A stretch of DNA of 58,433 bases from assembly GCA_030741355.1 (NCBI GenBank), contig JASLVM010000006.1, forward strand, positions 1 through 58,433, given 5' to 3'. Source of the DNA: Poseidonia sp. GTDB lineage: Archaea > Thermoplasmatota > Poseidoniia > Poseidoniales > Poseidoniaceae. The stretch's first letter is position 1, and the number at the start of each line of letters is the position of its first letter. The notes beneath the pieces are model-generated. The model did no database searches and was not told the origin of the DNA. It saw only the letters and a program-made list of their open reading frames with translations. Shown here in pieces: positions 18,478 to 28,447 of this stretch. The translations under genes and the position numbers were made by a program.

Positions 18478-20022
18478 ATGAAGACGAAAATGATGAGCGT
18501 GCTATTGGCTTTGTTCCTCGCCCTTTCCGCTGTTTCGGCAGCCTCGGGTGATGGATCCGACCCCCTCGACCCCTCAGACGGCGGCGCCGACTGGGACGGC
18601 GATGGTTTGACCAACGCTGAGGAGCAATCCCAAGGCACCAACATGAACAATGCAGACAGCGATGGCGACGGTCTCCCAGACGGATGGGAGGTTTCGAACG
18701 GACTGAACCCCACCAACGGTGGCGATGGAAACGCAGACCCTGACGGAGATGGCTTGACCAACTCCCAAGAGTATGCCTCGGGTACCAACCCGAACAACGC
18801 CGACACCGACGGTGACGGCAAGTCCGACGCAACCGACCAGTTCCCCAACGACCCCAACGACGGTGAGTACTCCGACTCTGACGGTGACGGTATTCCTGAC
18901 GCTTACGACCCAGACTTCCAGGAGTCTGGAGCAGGCGCAGGTAACGGCGACACCGAGGGCGGCGGCGAATCCGACGCTGGAACACCAACTCCTGGACAAG
19001 GTCAGGGACAAGGTCAGGGACAAGGTCAAGGACAAGGTCAAGGACAAGGTCAAGGACAAGGTCAGGGACAAGGTCAAGGCCAAGGTCAACAACAAGGCCA
19101 AGGTCAAGGTCAGCAAGGTCAGCAAGGTCAGCAAGGTCAGCAAGGTCAGCAAGGCCAGCAAGGTCAGCAAGGCCAGCAAGGTCAGCAAGGCCAGCAAGGT
19201 CAGCAAGGCCAGCAAGGTCAACAGCAAGACAACGGCCAAGGTCAACAACAGCAAGGCGGTCAACAAGGCGGCCAGCAAGGTGACCAGACCAGCCAAGACC
19301 AGAACGGTCAGAACCAGAACGGTCAGAACGAGCAACAGCAAGGTCAGACGCAGAACGGACAGCAGGGTCAACAAGGCCAGCAATCCGATCAGCAACAAGG
19401 CCAGCAGCTCGGCAACCAGGACGAGAACGACAACGATGGCGATGGTATCCCGAACGACGTCGACAACGACGACGACAACGACGGTATCCCCGACTCCGTC
19501 GATGATTCACCAATGGATCACGACAATGACGGCACCGACGATTTCGAGGATGATGACGCTGATGGCGACGGCATCGACGACCGCGAGGAAGTGAACGATG
19601 GCGACCCCAACACCAACATCTACGACCACGACAACGACGGCATCTCCGATGCTGTTGACTTGGACATCGACAACGATGGCATTGACAACCGAAATGACAT
19701 TGGCGACATGGGCGAAGACCTGTCCCGAGACCACGACAACGATGGTATGGACGACGCTGAAGACGACGACGATGACAACGACAACATCCTCGATGTTGAC
19801 GAAATCGACGGCGTTGCCGGAAGCTACCGCTACGACCATGACAACGATGGCATTTGGGATCTTACCGACAACGATGACGACAACGACGGTCTTATGGACT
19901 GGTTTGAAGTCAACGATGGCAACGATCTCACGGGTCAATTCGACGCTGACAACGACGGAACCGATGATTACGAGGACGACGACGACGATAACGACGGCAT
20001 CCTCGACATCTACGAACTCTGA
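18478..20022 (+). CDS. Secreted thrombospondin type-3-like Ca-binding repeat protein with central Gln/Gly low-complexity region
   Basis: Signal peptide; DxDGDGLxDxxE..GTNP repeats; (GQ)n and (QQG)n tract; C-terminal DHDNDG..DxDDDNDG repeats; no C-terminal anchor. Confidence 0.92.
   Translation: MKTKMMSVLLALFLALSAVSAASGDGSDPLDPSDGGADWDGDGLTNAEEQSQGTNMNNADSDGDGLPDGWEVSNGLNPTNGGDGNADPDGDGLTNSQEYASGTNPNNADTDGDGKSDATDQFPNDPNDGEYSDSDGDGIPDAYDPDFQESGAGAGNGDTEGGGESDAGTPTPGQGQGQGQGQGQGQGQGQGQGQGQGQGQGQGQQQGQGQGQQGQQGQQGQQGQQGQQGQQGQQGQQGQQGQQGQQGQQQDNGQGQQQQGGQQGGQQGDQTSQDQNGQNQNGQNEQQQGQTQNGQQGQQGQQSDQQQGQQLGNQDENDNDGDGIPNDVDNDDDNDGIPDSVDDSPMDHDNDGTDDFEDDDADGDGIDDREEVNDGDPNTNIYDHDNDGISDAVDLDIDNDGIDNRNDIGDMGEDLSRDHDNDGMDDAEDDDDDNDNILDVDEIDGVAGSYRYDHDNDGIWDLTDNDDDNDGLMDWFEVNDGNDLTGQFDADNDGTDDYEDDDDDNDGILDIYEL
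18994..19218 (+). repeat. Coding microsatellites: ~16 x GQ (6 nt) then 12 x QQG (cagcaaggy)
   Basis: ggncar units at 18994-19089 and cagcaagg(t/c) units at 19111-19218, read directly. Confidence 0.95.
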
Positions 20023-20067
20023 AGTTGACGCACCGACTGTCAAAGAACCGTCTCTGACGGGTACAAC

Positions 20068-20121
20068 AGGCGCTCCGGGGCCAAGGCCTCGGAGTGCCTC
20101 CTTTTCCTCCTCCTCCCTTTC
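20068..20121 (+). terminator. Strong hairpin plus pyrimidine tract after the 514-aa gene
   Basis: AGGCGCTCCGGGGC-CAAG-GCCTCGGAGTGCCT (14 bp, 2 G-U) followed by CCTTTTCCTCCTCCTCCCTTTC. Confidence 0.65.
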
Positions 20122-20251
20122 ATTGTAAATCGAAGGGTATCGACGTTCTTTCGTGTTGATACGCAGAGTGTTCTGTGATACGCAACCGCACAATCGCGCC
20201 AAGCCCTTGAAATAGGGTATTTTGGTGGAGAGGTGATTACGAGGTGCCCGC

Positions 20252-23200
20252 ATGCTGTCAAAACAACACACTCAAAAAATCGAAGAGCGACAACAACTCT
20301 CCATGGCCATTATCATCGTGTTTTTGATGCTGGCCAGCAGCCTCCTCGCCATTGTCCAGACCGTTCACGACGGACCAGAAGCCACCAAAGCGACTCAACT
20401 TGTTGACGGCGGGAGCCTCGGCATGACCCCCATCCAATCCACGGACCAAGGCGGCCAAGGTGGATGGGACGGCGTCCACGACAGTCATTATGACATGGCT
20501 CACGAAGCCCTGAGGGACCTCATGTGGTCGGACCCAGGCGTTTCCGCTGGTGTCATCGTTGACCTTTCCGTTCTCGAAGCTGCCATCCCCTCGTATTCCA
20601 CCTTCCTCGAAGAAACCCGGGCCGGCGACCACGACAACGACGGTATCGACGACCTTGCCGACCTCGACGACGATAACGATGGCATCTACGACTTGCTTGA
20701 GCGATTCGACGGATGTTACGGAACCGACCCATACGACCACGACAACGATGGCATTCTCGATGTTGATGATTGGGACGATGACAACGACGGCATCCTCGAA
20801 GGGCCCATTGATTACGCCGCTCTTGAGGCGCAGGGCCTTGACCCACGAAACGTGTCCACCGACCGCTACCTCGACCCGACCATCGACCACCCTCACCCCG
20901 ACATCGGGGCCATTGGCAACTTCTACCTCGCGGACCAGAACCCCATGGACCACGACAACGATGGCGTGACCGACGAAGACAATGACGGTGCAGGCCCCGG
21001 CCGGTACGATGAGGACGACGACAACGACGGCCGGATCGACCAATTCACGTGGCCTTGCGATTTGGATTCGGACGGAATTTCGGACTACTTCGACGCCGAT
21101 GACGACAACGACGGCGTTCTTGACGTTGAGGACGCCCACCCCTACGACGCCAGCATCACCACTCAAATGTCTACGACGGCTTCTCTCTACGATGCCTCCC
21201 GACTTTGGACGTTCAACGAATACCGCCAATACTCTGGCGGCGTTGATTATGTTGACTGGGAGCGTAACAGAGTAAACGCTCAGGGCGCTACAGCCTCGGG
21301 CTTCTTCGGCGGCCTCGATGACCTCATCGAATTGAGTGACTCCCATGGCACTCCTGCTTTCATCAACATTGTTGACGGCGACCTCGATGGTGACGGCTCC
21401 CCCAACTTCCTCGACCCGGACAACGACAACGACGGTACGCCGGATTCGGCTGACACCGACGATGACAACGACGGCATTCTTGACATGGTTGACCCCGACG
21501 ATGACAACGACGGCATCCCCGATACGTGCGTTGAAATTGACACCAACGGCGACCAGACCAGCGATTACACCGGGCTTCAGAACGGGGCTGTGACAGGATT
21601 CACCATCTCGACGGGTGGCGCGAACTACAACAGCGGCACCGATGTTGCGACGGCGAACGCAGGGAGCACTGGAACCGGGTTGACCGTTGACATCACGACC
21701 ACGGCAGGCGCCATCACGAACGCCGTCATCAACCGGGCAGGTTCCGGATACAGCGTCGGCGACATCGTGACCGTCAACGGTGGCGATTCCAAGGGCAACT
21801 TGACCATCACGAGTGTTTCGACCGCTATTTTCGAACTTCCGGGTGGAGACGGTGATGGCGACGGGCAAATCGATTGTGAAATCGATTATGACGGCGATCT
21901 CGACGACGATATTCGTCGGCCGTTTGACCAGAACTACAACGGCATCTACGACTGGCTCGACACCGACATGGGTGGAACGACCTCCCCCGACAATCTCGGC
22001 AACTTTGCCGTTGGTGGCGCTGACATCCCGTACGATTTGGACAACGATAACATCGAGAACGAAAACGACTCGTTCCCGCTGAACACCGCGGCGGAAGTTT
22101 CCACTTGGAACTGCCCTACGCAAGCCAACCCCAACCCCACCAACCCCGACCCACGATGTCAAACCCGCCGCGCCTCTTTCTCACAATTCAACGATTGGGA
22201 CGGCGACGGTATCAGCAACTGGGACGATGTTGACGACGACAACGACGGCATCATCGACGTCTTGGACATCGACTGGGACTGTGACCTCGATAACGACAAC
22301 GACCTCCACCAAATCAACGGTGGGTTGTACCGGGACGATGGGCCCAATGATGTGGATTCTGACGTGGACGGAGACGGCCTTGAGAACAGCATTGACTGGG
22401 ACGACGACAACGACGGCATCGCCGACCTCTTCGACCCCGATGACGGAAATTGCGGCATCGTTGATTTCGACGCCACCGACGCCTTCGGCACACCTTACTA
22501 TCCTGTGAACGACGGTGGCGCCCTCGATGGGTCCAGCGACAGTCAACTCTACGATACCAACTCCACCGACCACTGGAACTTGGTGTTCCAGCACTACCCC
22601 TTCGCCGATGTGGTCCTCAACTACAACGGCTACGACTCAACCACCAACCCTCCCACACCAGGTATCGTGCCTGAATTCTACTGGTTCCTCTTCGCTCGTT
22701 GGTCGCCCTACAACGGCGGTAACGACTGGGATATTGATTCGGATGGTGATTCCCTCATCAACGGCTTGGACATCGATCAAGACGCCGACGGGATGCCCGA
22801 TTGGTGGGACCAAGACGAAGGAAACGACGGTGTTTTGGATGTTGAGGACGTCAAGATGGGCGGTTCATTCGACCTTTCAACCTGCGGTTGGACGGCAGGA
22901 AACCTCGGGCAAGGCTTTGTTTGCGGCTACGCCTATGCGCTCGCATACAAGATGCCGCTCAACGGCGTCAACGCTCAGTTTGGTGCTCCTTACTCCACCC
23001 GGCCAGACGCTGCCTTTGACCAAGGCGCCACCGCCGGAGGTCCGTCAGGCAATTGGAGCTGCACTCCGGTTGAAGGCATCGGCTGCTGGCACTACGACTT
23101 CGGTGGCGACGGCACCATTGACTCTGCCATCACCTACACTCAGATGACCGATAACCGAGACGCATTCAACTCCTGGATTGGTTTGACCACTGGCATCTGG

Positions 23201-26200
23201 CAGTGGAACAGTGACAACGGCCCCGAAGCCGACTTCCCCGATGAATTGGGAGCCGACCTCCTGAAGAACGATGTCGATGGAGACGTTGACGGTGACTTCA
23301 CCAACTCCACCATCGATTTGGACGATGATTACGACTCCATCTTCGACTGGTTTGACGTGGATGACGACAACGACGGTGTATGGGATTACTTTGAGGTTGA
23401 CAGTAACTTCGACCTCGACGACGACACCGGCCAAAACAACGGGAACTTCTTCTCCGGGTCCAACTGCGATGACAACGACGATGACGGAAACGACGCAGAC
23501 GCCGATGACGACGGCTTCTACCAAGCGGTTTGGGACCAAGGAATCATGTCCCAAGGCCTTCGCCAACCAACCCTCTATGACGTTGACAACGACAACGACG
23601 CCATCCCTGACGGGGAAGATCCCGACGACGATAACGACGGTCGTTTGGATGTTGACCAAGAACGCCTCCCCGGTTGTTTCTGGGGCGAAGAACAGTCCAC
23701 ATGGGACAACGACAACGACGGTATCGTGAACTGGGCTGATGATGACTGGGACGGCGATGGCTTGACCAACGCTGCTGAACTTCTTGTGAGCATCACGGCG
23801 CCGTTTGACCACGACAACGATGGCGTCCGCGACGACCTTGACGAAGACGACGATGAAGATGGCATGCACGACGAAGACGAAGTGTTGCTTTGGCCCACTC
23901 GCTTCGACCGCAATTCCACCAACCCGTGGGACCACGACGACTTTGGCGACGGGGAAGCGCTTGCGAACCCGCTCGATGACTCGACGGGACCGGACGCTAT
24001 CGACAACGATGACGACAACGATACTCGAATCGACGTGGACTTTGACCAAACGGAGGACACCGAATTGACCTCTGACTGGGACAGCGACAACGACGGCATC
24101 TTGGACGCAGACGACAAGGCACCCACCTACATCACGCTCAATCTCCCCGATAACCTGTGGCTTGACGCACAAAGCCCAACCATCTTTGCCGGGCATGTTG
24201 ACTGGTTGAACCCGGTTACCGGCGTGGTTGAAGCGGCACCGCAACTTCCGGTTCAGGTGCACATCGAATGGGCGGACAACCAAACCACGGCTGTTGAAAC
24301 GATTGACGTCTTGACCAACGCAGCTGGAAACTTCAGCGTCGGACAATTCCTCTATCCCGAAGATTTGACGGTGGGCGATAACACGACTTACCGCGTCTAC
24401 GCAGAAGTGACGGAGATGTTCCTGTTCAACGGAAACGAGTCGCAGTCCTACTATGTCGGTGCTGAGGCCAACATGACCGTCGATTACTCGGCGTGGACCT
24501 ACTTCCGCAGCGATGAGCAACCGTTCTGGCTTGACTTCAAGGCCCACTATGCCGCTGACTGGGACCGAGGATTGTTTGACAACCGAATCAAGAACTCCCC
24601 CATCACCTTCTCCATCTTCGGTGGACTGTTTGGCAACCTAACCGCCCCCACCAACTTCACCGGTTTGGGTAACAACGGCTACCGAACGGACGCTTCCGGA
24701 TGGGCTTCACTCACCTTCGTTCAGGACTTGGGTATCGCTGGCACATGGAAGCAAGTGCAGTGGAATTCCACCGCCGACAACGGCGTTGGCCAAATCCCGG
24801 GTGGCTACGAAGAAATCGGATGGAACGATTTGACCAAGCAGCATGACGTGGTCCTCGACGGCGACGGCAACCCGTTGCGGTACAATTACACCAACACGAG
24901 TCTACCCGCAGGCGACATCGAAATCATTGCGCGTGTTTCACCCGAATTGGCGAACGAATGGCCGTTCCCGTTCCTGAATGGCGACGAGGCTGAACCGTTC
25001 TCTGTTCGCATCATGCACCGCATGAACATCGAGGGAACGCTGATCGTTGATGGCCTGAGCCCGATTTACTACTACGACTCCACCGTCAACAACGGTGACG
25101 GAACCTTTGGCGACTGGTCGACTCTGTTCCATCAGCCTGCACTGACCGCAGCCGGTGTCAACTACAACGATGTGGCCGCCTTCAAACCGTATCCAAAATC
25201 ATGGGACGGTACGCCAGAAGGTTTGACCGGTCAAGCAGCAGCTCTCCGACCGTTCCTCACTGGAAACGGCAGCCACTGGTTCATCGCTTTGGTGAACGGC
25301 GGCGACAGCAACCTGCCGCCTTGTGGACCTGTGGACCGAACGGACCCCAACAGCCCTGTTCGCTGTGAGATTGTCCCCGAAATGAACACGGGCGAATCTC
25401 TCCAAGTCGTTGGAAAGGTCACCAACCGCACCAACGAACCGTGGGACCAAGACCCGATCGCTCTGCAAGTTGACGTTGACAAGAACGGCCAATTCCTCGG
25501 CGCTGGTGAGACGGCTTACACGCAACGCCCCATCATGAAGGACGGCGATGCAGCCTACGATTACAACTGGTCTTGGTTCAGCCAATACGGTGCTGGAACC
25601 TACGGGCTCCGTGTCGACTTCACCAACTCTGCCTACTACTTCACCGGCAACTCATCGACGTTGGCTCCAACGGGTGCGTACATCAACGTCACCGTGGTCG
25701 GTACCACCGACTTCCAGACAACCTCGTTGCCTCGCCTTTACAGGAACACCAACACCACCATTCAGGCGAAGTTGGTTGACAATTCACTTCAACCGGTTCG
25801 AAACGCTCCGGTCAACTACACCTGGTCCTTTGACGGACGCACGGGCGTGAACTTCACAGACAACAACGGTTTCTTCGAAATTCCGTTCAATGTTTCCGCC
25901 ACCGACGACCTTGGCAACTTCACCTTGCAGTTCGAATACTCCGGAACATCACTCCTCAAAGGAACCTCAGTGAGTCAGTCGGTCTGGGTCGTATCTCGGA
26001 CCTACATGCAGGTGATTTCAACCGAAGACAACCTGCGGCGTTCGGGTGATAAATGGGATTTCACCGCTCAAGTATCGGACGATAACAAGACGAGTATACG
26101 GGATTCAGGAGGCACAGCGCTTTCAGGTTCCGAAACGCCTTACGGCGGTTTGGTTGATGTCATCTTCGAAGGCACGGACTTCCAAGGCACGTTGCACCGA

Positions 26201-28354
26201 CAGGTCGTGGCTACACTGGCGCCGAATGCCGGTGTGATTTCGCTTCCAGAAGTTGAACCGGATGGTTCCCACCTCTGTTTCTACGACGGCAACGGCGACA
26301 ACATCCCCGACCGAGACATCGACGGTGATGGTTTGGAGGTCGAGGAAACCGTTGGATGTTTGAAGTCCAACATTTCACCACTCAACCCCGCCTTGCTACG
26401 AGCCGACCCCGAATCCTTCTTGCCGAATGGATTTGGTCCAGTGAACGTGATTTTGCGATTCCAAGAGACGCTGCCCAATGAGGGCTGTCAACCACTTGAC
26501 GTCAGCTACCTTGGCATTCAAGGAGCATGGGACCCGTGTACTCAAATTCCTGGAAACGACCACTTCCGACTTACGATGACCAACAACGCCAACGGCTTCA
26601 ACCTCATTGGCCGCACCGTCATGTCGGTTGACGACCAAATTGTCTACACCAGCGAAATCGACCCGCTTACGGGTGAAGTCGTTCCCAAGCCAATGATCGT
26701 CACCGGGCAACTCAGCGATGAGTTGGGCGTGAACCTGACCGATCGAAGCATCCGCGTCAATTACGAGATGGTGAACGGTCAAACCGGTCCCGTCGCATGT
26801 CAATCCGGCACCACCAACGCTGACGGTTACTTCTCCATCATCTGTCCGCTCTCGGACGTGATGGCTGGTAAAGCCAAGGTGACGGTCTCGTACTCGGCTT
26901 ACGACAACAACGACGCCTACCGATACGAGAACAAGACGGTCCAAACCGAGTTCGACGTCTTCTCCAACTCTACGTTGCAGATCACCGAAGTTGGGCCGTT
27001 CAAGTCCAGCGTTGACCAGTGGGTTGCTCCGAACGGTTCTCGCTATCCAGTGTTGTACCTGAAGGAGTCGTTCCACATCGACGCGTTCCTCGCTCAGTCC
27101 AACGGACAGGCGGTTGGCGGTAAGTGTCTCAACATCTACCTCGACCCCGATGAGAACGTTCGCCCGCTTGCCACGGTTCGCACCAGCGACATCGATGGAA
27201 GCGTGGAATGGTTCAGCGGCGACCCTGTGCAAAACCCAACCTTGCGAGGCGTGGAAACCACCGGTGGTAAACTGGAAGGTTTCCGTACGCTCCAAGTGGC
27301 GTTTGAGCCCGACCGGAACATCCCCGGAGGTTGTGATAAGGACAGCAGTAACGCTCTGAACGGTTCAGCCATGAACATCGAAGTTCTCGTTCGTTCACGG
27401 GTTGACCTGCAAGTCAAGCAGACCTGGAGCAATAGCGGCGCCAACGGCGCCGATGAAGGCGACCTCATCACAGGACAAATCGCCCTCCTGCGCGACCGTC
27501 TTGACCTCGCTGTTGAGAACGAAGAAGTCATCTTCGCCTACGAATTCTTTGATGATGAAACCGGCACATGGGTTGTCTCTGATTTGAACAACAAGACCCG
27601 AACCAACGAGCAAGGTATTGCCTCCTTTGAATGGAGTTTCGTTGGTCAGAGTTGCGATGGAAACCCGTGTTCCGGTGTTTGGCGAATCACGGCCTATTAC
27701 CCCGGGTCGACGTACTTTGCACCATCACAGGACAACATCACGCACGAAATCACCTACAAGAAGGCCGAAGCCTTGGGCGACGCCAGTGGTTTGTTCAGCC
27801 CGAGCAACCTGATTGGTTTCGCCATCGTCTTGATGGCCTTGTTGATTGCAGGTGCGATCTATTACCAGCGAGTTCAGCAACAACGCCAGGTCCAAGCGCT
27901 CCGTGGTATTCTGACCGATGCCATGATGCAACTTGAAGCCAGCAACGAATACATTGCTGCCATCTTCGACTGCTACAAGAGCCTCGTGAAGCACTTCAAG
28001 AAATACGGCTTCATGAAGAAGGTCTACGAAACAGCACGTGAGTTTGAAGCGGCTGTCCGTTCGGCCTTCAACATGGTGCCTGTTGACCAATTGGATGACT
28101 TCCTGTCCATCTTTGAAGAAGCCCGATACTCCGAGCACACCATCGACGCAACGCATCGAGACCGTGCGCTGCAAACCCTCGGTGCCATCACCAACTCCTT
28201 GACGATGGCTCTGGGCGAAGAGTCGGTGGTCAAGCGCATCGATGCGACCAGCATTTACGACAACCTGACCAAGGCCGGCGAATTCGTCGCAGCAGACGGT
28301 TCAGTCCGCCAGGCTGGTATGGTTGAAGGCGAGAACACGGACTTCAAGATTTGA
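20252..28354 (+). CDS. 2700-aa surface protein: DHDNDG/TSP3-like repeats, Ig-like beta-sandwich stalk, TM, cytoplasmic DUF4129-like domain
   Basis: N-terminal signal/TM; ~1200 aa of Asp-rich repeats; beta-rich regions with TDxNG motifs; TM IGFAIVLMALLIAGAIYY; YKSLVKHF..ETAREF..IFEEARYSEH is DUF4129-like; GAGGTG RBS. Confidence 0.9.
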   Translation: MLSKQHTQKIEERQQLSMAIIIVFLMLASSLLAIVQTVHDGPEATKATQLVDGGSLGMTPIQSTDQGGQGGWDGVHDSHYDMAHEALRDLMWSDPGVSAGVIVDLSVLEAAIPSYSTFLEETRAGDHDNDGIDDLADLDDDNDGIYDLLERFDGCYGTDPYDHDNDGILDVDDWDDDNDGILEGPIDYAALEAQGLDPRNVSTDRYLDPTIDHPHPDIGAIGNFYLADQNPMDHDNDGVTDEDNDGAGPGRYDEDDDNDGRIDQFTWPCDLDSDGISDYFDADDDNDGVLDVEDAHPYDASITTQMSTTASLYDASRLWTFNEYRQYSGGVDYVDWERNRVNAQGATASGFFGGLDDLIELSDSHGTPAFINIVDGDLDGDGSPNFLDPDNDNDGTPDSADTDDDNDGILDMVDPDDDNDGIPDTCVEIDTNGDQTSDYTGLQNGAVTGFTISTGGANYNSGTDVATANAGSTGTGLTVDITTTAGAITNAVINRAGSGYSVGDIVTVNGGDSKGNLTITSVSTAIFELPGGDGDGDGQIDCEIDYDGDLDDDIRRPFDQNYNGIYDWLDTDMGGTTSPDNLGNFAVGGADIPYDLDNDNIENENDSFPLNTAAEVSTWNCPTQANPNPTNPDPRCQTRRASFSQFNDWDGDGISNWDDVDDDNDGIIDVLDIDWDCDLDNDNDLHQINGGLYRDDGPNDVDSDVDGDGLENSIDWDDDNDGIADLFDPDDGNCGIVDFDATDAFGTPYYPVNDGGALDGSSDSQLYDTNSTDHWNLVFQHYPFADVVLNYNGYDSTTNPPTPGIVPEFYWFLFARWSPYNGGNDWDIDSDGDSLINGLDIDQDADGMPDWWDQDEGNDGVLDVEDVKMGGSFDLSTCGWTAGNLGQGFVCGYAYALAYKMPLNGVNAQFGAPYSTRPDAAFDQGATAGGPSGNWSCTPVEGIGCWHYDFGGDGTIDSAITYTQMTDNRDAFNSWIGLTTGIWQWNSDNGPEADFPDELGADLLKNDVDGDVDGDFTNSTIDLDDDYDSIFDWFDVDDDNDGVWDYFEVDSNFDLDDDTGQNNGNFFSGSNCDDNDDDGNDADADDDGFYQAVWDQGIMSQGLRQPTLYDVDNDNDAIPDGEDPDDDNDGRLDVDQERLPGCFWGEEQSTWDNDNDGIVNWADDDWDGDGLTNAAELLVSITAPFDHDNDGVRDDLDEDDDEDGMHDEDEVLLWPTRFDRNSTNPWDHDDFGDGEALANPLDDSTGPDAIDNDDDNDTRIDVDFDQTEDTELTSDWDSDNDGILDADDKAPTYITLNLPDNLWLDAQSPTIFAGHVDWLNPVTGVVEAAPQLPVQVHIEWADNQTTAVETIDVLTNAAGNFSVGQFLYPEDLTVGDNTTYRVYAEVTEMFLFNGNESQSYYVGAEANMTVDYSAWTYFRSDEQPFWLDFKAHYAADWDRGLFDNRIKNSPITFSIFGGLFGNLTAPTNFTGLGNNGYRTDASGWASLTFVQDLGIAGTWKQVQWNSTADNGVGQIPGGYEEIGWNDLTKQHDVVLDGDGNPLRYNYTNTSLPAGDIEIIARVSPELANEWPFPFLNGDEAEPFSVRIMHRMNIEGTLIVDGLSPIYYYDSTVNNGDGTFGDWSTLFHQPALTAAGVNYNDVAAFKPYPKSWDGTPEGLTGQAAALRPFLTGNGSHWFIALVNGGDSNLPPCGPVDRTDPNSPVRCEIVPEMNTGESLQVVGKVTNRTNEPWDQDPIALQVDVDKNGQFLGAGETAYTQRPIMKDGDAAYDYNWSWFSQYGAGTYGLRVDFTNSAYYFTGNSSTLAPTGAYINVTVVGTTDFQTTSLPRLYRNTNTTIQAKLVDNSLQPVRNAPVNYTWSFDGRTGVNFTDNNGFFEIPFNVSATDDLGNFTLQFEYSGTSLLKGTSVSQSVWVVSRTYMQVISTEDNLRRSGDKWDFTAQVSDDNKTSIRDSGGTALSGSETPYGGLVDVIFEGTDFQGTLHRQVVATLAPNAGVISLPEVEPDGSHLCFYDGNGDNIPDRDIDGDGLEVEETVGCLKSNISPLNPALLRADPESFLPNGFGPVNVILRFQETLPNEGCQPLDVSYLGIQGAWDPCTQIPGNDHFRLTMTNNANGFNLIGRTVMSVDDQIVYTSEIDPLTGEVVPKPMIVTGQLSDELGVNLTDRSIRVNYEMVNGQTGPVACQSGTTNADGYFSIICPLSDVMAGKAKVTVSYSAYDNNDAYRYENKTVQTEFDVFSNSTLQITEVGPFKSSVDQWVAPNGSRYPVLYLKESFHIDAFLAQSNGQAVGGKCLNIYLDPDENVRPLATVRTSDIDGSVEWFSGDPVQNPTLRGVETTGGKLEGFRTLQVAFEPDRNIPGGCDKDSSNALNGSAMNIEVLVRSRVDLQVKQTWSNSGANGADEGDLITGQIALLRDRLDLAVENEEVIFAYEFFDDETGTWVVSDLNNKTRTNEQGIASFEWSFVGQSCDGNPCSGVWRITAYYPGSTYFAPSQDNITHEITYKKAEALGDASGLFSPSNLIGFAIVLMALLIAGAIYYQRVQQQRQVQALRGILTDAMMQLEASNEYIAAIFDCYKSLVKHFKKYGFMKKVYETAREFEAAVRSAFNMVPVDQLDDFLSIFEEARYSEHTIDATHRDRALQTLGAITNSLTMALGEESVVKRIDATSIYDNLTKAGEFVAADGSVRQAGMVEGENTDFKI

Positions 28355-28447
28355 AGCCCCCATCGGTGAAGTGCCGAGGTCCACTCAGCGTAAGCAAGAC
28401 CCGCTGAAGCCTTAACCTTCAAAGGCTGGAGGCCTGTGTGTTGGTTC

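Noticed and set aside
18218-18481. 87-aa and 72-aa ORFs in the leader of the TSP3 gene
   Set aside because: No recognisable protein features or RBS; nested base-pairing explains the region better. Not fully excluded, since the 87-aa stop overlaps the downstream ATG.
18350-24547. Val/Ile/Leu-rich antisense ORFs (387, 274, 254, 634, 500 aa)
   Set aside because: Reverse complement of Asp/Asn/Gln codons yields hydrophobic stop-poor frames; artefacts of the TSP3 genes.
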